The notes under the pieces were generated by a model. The model saw only the letters and a list, made by a program, of their open reading frames with translations. It made no database searches and was not told the DNA's origin. A stretch of DNA of 59,917 nucleotides from an uncultured Ignavibacteriales bacterium. GTDB lineage: Bacteria; Zixibacteria; MSB-5A5; GN15; JAAZOE01. The DNA lies in contig CAZSYD010000012.1 in the NCBI GenBank assembly GCA_964611355.1, positions 1 to 59,917 on the forward strand. Reading direction: 5' to 3'. The translations under genes and the position numbers were made by a program. Of the stretch, positions 53,245-59,917 are shown one piece after another (within the stretch, counting starts at the first letter, position 1; each line of letters begins with the position of its first letter).

Positions 53245-53739
53245 ATGAATATGAAAATCTATTCAGGCGATATTACCGATGCCGAAACTGACGCCATTGT
53301 CAATGCCGCCAACAATTATCTCTGGATGGGCTCCGGCGTGGCCGGCGCCATCAAGCGCAAAGGCGGGCAGATAATCGAAGACGAAGCGGTTGCCCTGGGG
53401 CCAATCGAAGTCGGCGGAGCGGTGGCAACGTCGGCGGGCAGTCTGCCCCACAAGCATATTATCCACGCCGCCGGCATGGGCAAGGATTTAAAAACGTCAA
53501 GCGATTTGGTTTATAAAACCACGAAAAACAGCCTTGAGCTGGCCGAAAAACTAAGCATCCGATCGATAGCTTTCCCGGCTATCGGTACCGGCGTAGGTGA
53601 ACTTTCCATCACCGACTGCGCAAATACCATGAAAAAAGCGGTTGATGAATTCGCCTTGACCGCAAAGTCAGTCAGCGAAATCCATTTCGTCATTTTCGGG
53701 CAGAAAGATACCGAGAAATTTCGAGCAGCATTTAATTGA
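53245..53739 (+). CDS. Macro domain protein (ADP-ribose binding/hydrolase)
   Basis: GDIT, AIVNAAN, GSGVAGAI and AFPAIGTG motifs. Confidence 0.93.
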   Translation: MNMKIYSGDITDAETDAIVNAANNYLWMGSGVAGAIKRKGGQIIEDEAVALGPIEVGGAVATSAGSLPHKHIIHAAGMGKDLKTSSDLVYKTTKNSLELAEKLSIRSIAFPAIGTGVGELSITDCANTMKKAVDEFALTAKSVSEIHFVIFGQKDTEKFRAAFN

Positions 53740-53812
53740 ACATACGACTTACGGCAGATGCGGAGAGGCTGTCCCAAAAGAGCTGTTCTTAATTGCGTCG
53801 GCTCCCAGAGAG

Positions 53813-53916
53813 GTTATTGCGAGAAATTCGCCGGAGGCGAACGACGCGGCAATCTCTTGCGGCAAAGATTATTACAGATTTGAGATCACCACGCTCTCTT
53901 CGGTCGCTCGCGGTCA
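53813..53916. repeat. Degenerate inverted REP-like doublet
   Basis: GTTATTGCGAG...GGCAATCTC and GAGATCACCACG...CTCGCGGTCA are partially complementary arms. Confidence 0.55.
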
Positions 53917-53963
53917 GGGCGGGAGGAAATAAAACTCATAGCAGCGAGACGGGATTAATAAGG

Positions 53964-53999
53964 TTGACAAATCTATATATTTGGTTATTTTGCCAAATA
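53964..53999 (+). promoter_or_regulatory. Sigma70 promoter with overlapping ArsR-type operator
   Basis: TTGACA at 53964; inverted repeat TATTTGG(53978-84)/CCAAATA(53993-99) straddling the -10 region. Confidence 0.65.
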
Positions 54000-54023
54000 A
54001 CCTATTAATCAAGGCGGTTGGTC

Positions 54024-54350
54024 ATGGACAGAAAAACGAAAGACAGCTTCAAGGCACGCGCCAGGATAATCAAGGCGATGGGTCATCCCACCCGGTTGTT
54101 TATCGTCGATGAGCTGTCCCGCAACCAACTGTGCGTGTGCAAGTTAACCGAAATGATAGGAGCCGATATCTCGACTGTTTCCAGACACCTGTCAATCCTC
54201 AAAGAAGCGGGCATAATAACTGATGAAAAGCGGGGACGGCAGGTTTTTTACATCCTCAGGGTGCCGTGCGTCCTGAAATTCTTCACCTGCGTGGAATCCG
54301 TACTAAAATCCAGTGCGGTCCGACAGACAAAACTTTTGGAGAAAAGATGA
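54024..54350 (+). CDS. ArsR/SmtB family repressor
   Basis: KAMGHPTRL, LCVC, STVSRHL..LK.AG and PCV..FF.C motifs. Confidence 0.93.
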   Translation: MDRKTKDSFKARARIIKAMGHPTRLFIVDELSRNQLCVCKLTEMIGADISTVSRHLSILKEAGIITDEKRGRQVFYILRVPCVLKFFTCVESVLKSSAVRQTKLLEKR

Positions 54351-54490
54351 ACTGGAAGTCCGAATGGAAACCTCTGGCGGGGATCGCTATTGTGTTTTTA
54401 GGCTTTTTCTATCTTCCAATCGGCTCGGTTCGTTTTGACAACGCTATTGTGGAGGCGTTGTATCTGGTTCACTGGTACGCCCGCGAATGA
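54347..54490 (+). pseudogene. 5' remnant of an ArsP/DUF318-type permease
   Basis: MNWKSEWKPL...FFYLP...A..EAL....WYARE resembles the N-terminus of permeases that follow this ArsR type (from recall); stops after 47 aa; ATGA-coupled to arsR. Confidence 0.7.
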
Positions 54491-54528
54491 GCAAAAACAT
54501 GGCCTTAGAAGGAGAGGTAGGAAAACCA

Positions 54529-54918
54529 ATGAACGATTTGGAAAGTGTCTTACGCGGCATGACCTTGGAATTTTTCGGTTCAGGCAAACACAAGATCAAC
54601 CTGGAGGTTTTATTTCAAACCAAGGGTGGGGTTTTCTTGGATGTACGCTCTATTCCCGAGCAGGAAACCATTCAATTAACCTTCAAGCATCACAACATTA
54701 CGGTTTTGCACATTCCCATCGACGAGATACCAGATCGCATAGACGAAGTGCACCGCGACGGGATCGTCGCCGTATTTTGCTCGGCGGGAACCAGATCGGC
54801 CATCGTGTACGCATACCTCCGTTCCCTGGGATATGAGAATGTGCGCCTCGCGATCGGCGGCCACGAAGCCGTCACAAACCTCATGTTGCCGGGGGAACTA
54901 TTGAAGCATATTGGGTAA
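54529..54918 (+). CDS. Single-domain rhodanese
   Basis: LDVRS..E, HIP and active loop CSAGTRS; ATG 54529 preferred (alternative 54487). Confidence 0.88.
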   Translation: MNDLESVLRGMTLEFFGSGKHKINLEVLFQTKGGVFLDVRSIPEQETIQLTFKHHNITVLHIPIDEIPDRIDEVHRDGIVAVFCSAGTRSAIVYAYLRSLGYENVRLAIGGHEAVTNLMLPGELLKHIG

Positions 54919-54948
54919 AACAGGACGTCCTGAAATAAGGAATATCCC

Positions 54949-55746
54949 ATGTTAAAAATCTCTGTAGTCGCCTTGATAATTTTCGCGCTTGCTGTCGTGA
55001 TGACCATGACCGGGCGTGGCGGAGGCAACTTTTATGTTTTAACTCTTGTGCTGGCAGGCGTCCCGATGCATGAGGCGGCTACAACGGGCCAGTTTGTGCT
55101 TTTCACGACCGCCCTGGCGGCATCGATACTCTTTCGCAGACATAAAGTCCTATCGTTACCGCTGGCCTTGTTTTTAGGGGGACTGACGGCAAGTATGGCA
55201 TTCGCGGGCGGGTTCCTCGCCCAACTTTTCAGTGGTAACGATTTGAAGATCGTGTTTTCGTTTCTCCTAACCGTTGCAGGCCTTATGATGCTCTTTACAA
55301 AAGGAGAATGCAGGAAGCAAACAGGCGGCCGTATAGGATACTGGCACCTTATCGCGGGCGATGACGTGTACGTCATCAATCTATGGCTAACAGTTCCCGT
55401 TGTTATTATCACCGGCTTTTTCGCCGGGATGGTAGGAGTTTCAGGCGGCTCGTTCCTGGTTCCGCTGATGGTGCTGGCGTGCGGTGTACCCATGGGCGTC
55501 GCCGTCGGAACGGCATCGGCGATGGTTGCCGCCACCGCGTTCGCGGGATTTATGGGGCATGCGCTCCACGGTAGTTTTAACCCATCCTGGGCCATACCAA
55601 TTGCCGCCGTGACAATCGGTGGTGGTGTACTTGGCGGTAAAATTGCACTGAAGACAAAGCCGAAGTGCCTGAGAATTCTTTTTGCCGTAACGACCCTGAT
55701 CGCGGCGGCGCTTATGATTGTAAATACACTTGTTGAAAGACAATGA
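54949..55746 (+). CDS. TauE/SafE (TSUP) sulfur-compound exporter
   Basis: Two GxGGG-like repeats (GRGGG, GVSGGS..VP) and A.GT; multi-TM. Confidence 0.9.
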   Translation: MLKISVVALIIFALAVVMTMTGRGGGNFYVLTLVLAGVPMHEAATTGQFVLFTTALAASILFRRHKVLSLPLALFLGGLTASMAFAGGFLAQLFSGNDLKIVFSFLLTVAGLMMLFTKGECRKQTGGRIGYWHLIAGDDVYVINLWLTVPVVIITGFFAGMVGVSGGSFLVPLMVLACGVPMGVAVGTASAMVAATAFAGFMGHALHGSFNPSWAIPIAAVTIGGGVLGGKIALKTKPKCLRILFAVTTLIAAALMIVNTLVERQ

Positions 55747-55759
55747 GTTCATTGCATAT

Positions 55760-55810
55760 TCGAGCGGCAAGGCTCTCGACATCGAGGAGATTAAAAGACT
55801 CCTTGGATAA
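55760..55810 (+). pseudogene. 3' remnant of a small thioredoxin-like (MTH895-type) gene
   Basis: Reads SSGKALDIEEIKRLLG*, resembling the ..VKSSGKV....EIK.LL C-terminus of that family (from recall). Confidence 0.55.
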
Positions 55811-56181
55811 TTTATATTTACCGGGGACAACCGATTAATAATCCGTAATATAATTCATGTGTGGATCGGATCGCATCGGACAGGCGTTATTGGCCTGAAG
55901 GAATGCGGCGAAGACCCGGCGGAATATGAGACGATTTGGTATTATTATTGGCGGTTGCCTGCGATCTGCCATTTGACACTTCAGACTATTTACAGACAGG
56001 ATGCCGCACACACGCCGGCCGGCCCGTAAAGCCAAAAAACGGCGTTTTTTTACTTGCCCTTATTGGATCAAAGACTTAAATTTTGGCGAGAGAGGTTGTC
56101 AGGTGGCTAACCCGGTTTTTAATCAAAAATATCATGTTATTGATGGGTAGAGCATAATATCTTTTCGCCTGACCGACAAAG

Positions 56182-56205
56182 CTGCCCACCTGCCCACCTG
56201 CCAAC
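56182..56205 (+). repeat. 8-bp tandem repeat x3
   Basis: CTGCCCAC CTGCCCAC CTGCCAAC upstream of the protease gene. Confidence 0.7.
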
Positions 56206-56310
56206 GTAACTATTAAAAAGAACTTGAAAGGAGGGATGCGGCCGAGAAGTATTTCTTTTTGATTTCCCCGCCATTAACTAGAGTAACTAACCTATTGTCA
56301 GGAGGTATTA

Positions 56311-59300
56311 ATGCGCAAAGTCGTTACTTTATGCATGATTACCAGCCTGGTCTTACTGCTCAGCGCGAGTGTTGCCTTCGGTGACCAGGATTTTAAGGTA
56401 AAAAAGACGACCCTTGAGCCTCGCAAAACGGAATACGCCAGGGGCGAGATTCTGGTGAAGTTCAAGACTGGCGTCAAGGTCATGGAAATCAACAGAGTTC
56501 ATGCAAAACACGGCGGCTCCGAGATGTACGCCAGCCCGCGTGGTGGTTTTAGGCGGATTAAGGTCCCCGCTACAATGACTGTTGAGGAAGCAGTTAATAT
56601 CTACCGGGCGGACCCGGATGTTGAGTATGCCGAGCCCAACTACACCTTCCACGCTCTTATGACCCCCAATGATCCGTATTATTCCTATCAGTGGCACATG
56701 CCCATGATAAACATGGGACAGGCCTGGGATCTGTCAACCGGATCTGGTGTTGTGGTCGCGATCATCGACTGCGGCGTGGCTTATGAGAATTACGGTTCCT
56801 TTGCCCAGGCGCCTGACCTGGCCGGAACCGATTTCGTACAGGGGTACGACTACGTGAATAACGATTCTCACCCCAACGACGACAACGGCCACGGCACGCA
56901 TGTGGCCGGCACAATCGCACAAACCACCAATAACAGCCTTGGTGTAACCGGTATTGCTTTTGATTGCAGCATTATGCCGGTCAAGGTGCTCGATGCGAGC
57001 GGTAACGGGTACCTGAGCGATGTGGCGGACGGTATCTACTACGCTGCGGACAACGGCGCCCATGTCATTAACATGAGCCTCGGCTCAACCTCTTCTTCGT
57101 CGACTCTTCAGAATGCCTGTGAGTATGCCTATAACAAGGGCGTCACGATTATCTGTGCCGCCGGCAACGCCGCCAACAGCACGCCACAGTACCCGGCGTC
57201 TTATTCGGTGTGCGTATCGGTTTCAGCCGTCAGGTTCGACAGCACGCTGGCTTACTATTCAAGTTACGGCTCCAACATCGACCTTTGCGCTCCCGGTGGC
57301 GATGTGAATATCGACCAGAATGGCGATGGTTACGTTGACGGTGTCCTTCAGCAGACATTTGACCCTCCGAATTACACAACCTTCGGATACTACTTCTATC
57401 AGGGTACCTCGATGGCAGCGCCGCACGTGGCCGGTGTGACGGCTCTGATTCTATCCAAGGCCGGCGGCGGCGGATCATTGACGCCTGCCCAGGTAAAGAA
57501 TTACCTGGTGGATAATGTTGTCGACCTGGGATCGTCAGGCTGGGATCAGTACTTCGGTCACGGATTACTTGACGCCTATGCCTCGGTTAACGCGGTCAGC
57601 GGCGGCAACGCCCCGGTGGCTGCTTTTACCGGCTCGCCGACTTCCGGTTGCGCTCCTTTGGCGGTCAATTTCACAGATCAATCAACTAATAGCCCGACCA
57701 GTTGGAGTTGGACTTTCGGCGACGGCGGAACTTCAACGGCTCAGAATCCAAGCCATACCTATACCGCGGCCGGCACGTATACGGTTGTGCTGACAGCCGC
57801 TAACTCCTATGGCAGCGATACCGAGACGAAAACAGGTTACGTCACGGTCAACGATGTTCCGACAGCCGCCTTCACCGGCAGCCCGACATCGGGTGAGGTT
57901 CCGCTGACGGTCAACTTCACCAATCAGTCAACTGGCGCCAGTTCTTATTCGTGGACCTTTGGTGATGGCGGCACCTCGACTGCAACCAACCCGAGCCACA
58001 CTTATACCGAAGCGGGCACTTTCACGGTAGCCCTGACGGCGACCAACTCCTGCGGCAACGACACGGAAACCAAGACTAACTATATCACCGTTACCTGCAC
58101 TCCTCCGGTGGCCAATTTCTCCGGCAGCTCGACATCGGGTGAGGTTCCTCTGACGGTCAACTTCACGGATGCGTCCACGGGGGCTACCGGTTGGAGTTGG
58201 ACCTTTGGCGATGGCGGAACTTCGACCGCTCAGAATCCCAGTCATACATACACTGCCGCCGGAACATATACCGTGGCTCTGACGGCAACCAACTCCTGCG
58301 GCAACGACACGGAAACCAAGACTAACTATATCACCGTTACCTGCACGCCTCCGGTGGCTGCATTCTCGGGTTCACCGACGTCCGGCGATGCGCCATTGAC
58401 TGTTAACTTCACCGACCAGTCAACGGGGGCTACCGGTTGGAGCTGGACCTTTGGCGATGGCGGAACTTCGACGGCGCAGAACCCAAGTCATATATACACT
58501 GCCGCCGGAACATACACCGTAGCCCTGACAGTGACCAACTCCTGCGGCAACGACACGGAGACTAAGACCGACTACATCACCGTGACCGAGGGTGGCGCCT
58601 GGACAGTTATCACTTATGATAACTTCGAAGGCGGAATGGGTGATTATACCGACGGTGGTGGTGATATGTACCTCTATACCCGCGGTACTTATGCCCACCA
58701 GGGCAGTAACGCGGCGGACATCCAGGATAATAGCGGCGTTGCTTCGTCATTCTACCACACTGTCGGTCATAATGTATCCGGTTATACCGAGTTGGAAGTT
58801 GAATTCTGGTTCTATGCTGTCAGTATGGACAATTCCAGTGAAGACTTCTGGGTTCAGTACTACGACGGCTCCACCTGGCGAACGGTAGCAACCTATGCCC
58901 GAAGTATCGACTTTAATAACAATGTCTTCTACAACAAGGTCGTTACCATTTCCAGCAGCCAGTACAACTTCCCGACCAACGCCAAACTTCGGTTCATGTG
59001 CGACGCCAGCGGCAACTATGATGACGTGTATATCGATGAAATCGAGTTTAGAGGAATGAGCTCCGGTCCAACGCCTCCGACGGCCGAATTCTCCGGGTCG
59101 CCAACTTCCGGAACCGCGCCTCTGGCGGTGACATTCACCGATCAGTCCAATGGCAATCCGACCGGTTGGAGCTGGACTTTTGGTGACGGCGGCACCTCGA
59201 CCGTACAGAATCCGTCGCACACCTATACCGACGCCGGCACCTATACGGTCTCGCTTACCGCTACAAACGCCTTTGGTAGTGATACCGAGACCAAGACCGG

Positions 59301-59917
59301 GTACATCACGGTGACAGAGGGTGGTGCCTGGACAGTCATCACTTATGATGACTTCGAAGGCGGAATGGGTGATTATACCGACGGTGGTGGTGATATGTAC
59401 CTCTATACCCGCGGTACTTATGCCCACCAGGGCAGTAACGCGGCGGACATCCAGGATAATAGCGGCGTTGCTTCGTCATTCTACCACACTGTCGGTCATA
59501 ATGTATCCGGTTATACCGAGTTGGAAGTTGAATTCTGGTTCTATGCTGTCAGTATGGACAATTCCAGTGAAGACTTCTGGGTTCAGTACTACGACGGCTC
59601 CACCTGGCGAACGGTAGCAACCTATGCCCGAAGTATCGACTTTAATAACAATGTCTTCTACAACAAGGTCGTTACCATTTCCAGCAGCCAGTACAACTTC
59701 CCGACTAACGCCAAACTTCGGTTCATGTGCGACGCCAGCGGCAACCAGGATGATGTGTATATCGATGAGATTGAGTTCCGTGGTAGTGGTGTGGGTGGCA
59801 CCAGCCAACAGGCGAAAGCGAATTCACTCATTCCTGATCGATTCTCTCTTTCTCAGAACTACCCCAACCCGTTCAACCCGATAACCCGGATCAGCTTCGC
59901 GCTGCCGGAAGCCTCCC
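56311..59917 (+). CDS. Secreted S8 (subtilisin-like) protease with five PKD domains, a duplicated beta-sandwich domain and a T9SS/FlgD-like tail; 3' end beyond the window; missing from the ORF track
   Basis: AGGAGG SD; signal peptide; triad IIDCG, GHGTHVAG, GTSMAAPH; five W.FGDG PKD units; terminal SLSQNYPNPFNP; frame open to the window end. Confidence 0.95.
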   Translation, partial: MRKVVTLCMITSLVLLLSASVAFGDQDFKVKKTTLEPRKTEYARGEILVKFKTGVKVMEINRVHAKHGGSEMYASPRGGFRRIKVPATMTVEEAVNIYRADPDVEYAEPNYTFHALMTPNDPYYSYQWHMPMINMGQAWDLSTGSGVVVAIIDCGVAYENYGSFAQAPDLAGTDFVQGYDYVNNDSHPNDDNGHGTHVAGTIAQTTNNSLGVTGIAFDCSIMPVKVLDASGNGYLSDVADGIYYAADNGAHVINMSLGSTSSSSTLQNACEYAYNKGVTIICAAGNAANSTPQYPASYSVCVSVSAVRFDSTLAYYSSYGSNIDLCAPGGDVNIDQNGDGYVDGVLQQTFDPPNYTTFGYYFYQGTSMAAPHVAGVTALILSKAGGGGSLTPAQVKNYLVDNVVDLGSSGWDQYFGHGLLDAYASVNAVSGGNAPVAAFTGSPTSGCAPLAVNFTDQSTNSPTSWSWTFGDGGTSTAQNPSHTYTAAGTYTVVLTAANSYGSDTETKTGYVTVNDVPTAAFTGSPTSGEVPLTVNFTNQSTGASSYSWTFGDGGTSTATNPSHTYTEAGTFTVALTATNSCGNDTETKTNYITVTCTPPVANFSGSSTSGEVPLTVNFTDASTGATGWSWTFGDGGTSTAQNPSHTYTAAGTYTVALTATNSCGNDTETKTNYITVTCTPPVAAFSGSPTSGDAPLTVNFTDQSTGATGWSWTFGDGGTSTAQNPSHIYTAAGTYTVALTVTNSCGNDTETKTDYITVTEGGAWTVITYDNFEGGMGDYTDGGGDMYLYTRGTYAHQGSNAADIQDNSGVASSFYHTVGHNVSGYTELEVEFWFYAVSMDNSSEDFWVQYYDGSTWRTVATYARSIDFNNNVFYNKVVTISSSQYNFPTNAKLRFMCDASGNYDDVYIDEIEFRGMSSGPTPPTAEFSGSPTSGTAPLAVTFTDQSNGNPTGWSWTFGDGGTSTVQNPSHTYTDAGTYTVSLTATNAFGSDTETKTGYITVTEGGAWTVITYDDFEGGMGDYTDGGGDMYLYTRGTYAHQGSNAADIQDNSGVASSFYHTVGHNVSGYTELEVEFWFYAVSMDNSSEDFWVQYYDGSTWRTVATYARSIDFNNNVFYNKVVTISSSQYNFPTNAKLRFMCDASGNQDDVYIDEIEFRGSGVGGTSQQAKANSLIPDRFSLSQNYPNPFNPITRISFALPEAS
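58622..59745 (+). repeat. Near-identical 395-bp intragenic direct repeat (58622-59016 and 59351-59745, offset 729)
   Basis: Line-by-line comparison shows one synonymous difference (58977 C versus 59706 T). Confidence 0.92.

Noticed and set aside
53245..53739. Macrodomain as the antitoxin partner of the ART-like protein
   Set aside because: It lies about 26 kb away and looks like the common stand-alone YmdB-type protein; no evidence of linkage
54488..54490. TGA after WYARE as a selenocysteine or readthrough codon
   Set aside because: The frame hits TAG five codons later and shows no permease-like continuation
58592..59808. Identical 98-aa ORFs and paired minus-strand ORFs suggesting a DGR template/variable repeat or a CRISPR array
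   Set aside because: They are off-frame products of the in-frame domain duplication; no adenine-specific mismatches, no reverse transcriptase and no repeat-spacer pattern

Overview
A roughly 60 kb bacterial chromosomal window of mostly housekeeping genes. The combination of a C-terminal NYPNPFNP secretion tail, PEP-CTERM, SpoVG and DivIVA suggests an FCB-group lineage such as Zixibacteria; this is inference only. In order: elbB and the ispE-spoVG-tRNA-Gln-prs-rplY operon (minus strand); aconitase-gcvT; a TPR protein, BatA/VWA, ABC-F and a flavoprotein; a PEP-CTERM gene with a sigma54-like promoter; a classical menaquinone cluster (DAHP synthase-menFDHBACE plus a convergent thioesterase); a methyltransferase, an ECF S component and an unusual SLOG/ADP-ribosyltransferase-like fusion; a complete F1Fo ATP synthase operon; an SBP-kinase-sigma54 activator locus facing a beta-propeller lipoprotein; an S9 peptidase; yggS-divIVA-PNP; an AT-rich RAYT/REP plus TPR islet; nucleotide-sugar genes including gmd; a sensorless kinase with cheV; a macrodomain; a rearranged arsR operon; and an S8 protease with PKD repeats that runs off the window and is missing from the ORF track. 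The best leads are the SLOG-ART fusion, the self-contained sigma54 sensing module, the arsR operon whose permease and thioredoxin are replaced by rhodanese and TauE, the REP-flanked RAYT, and an atpZ with no canonical start codon. All calls are by-eye motif recognition; no database searches were run.
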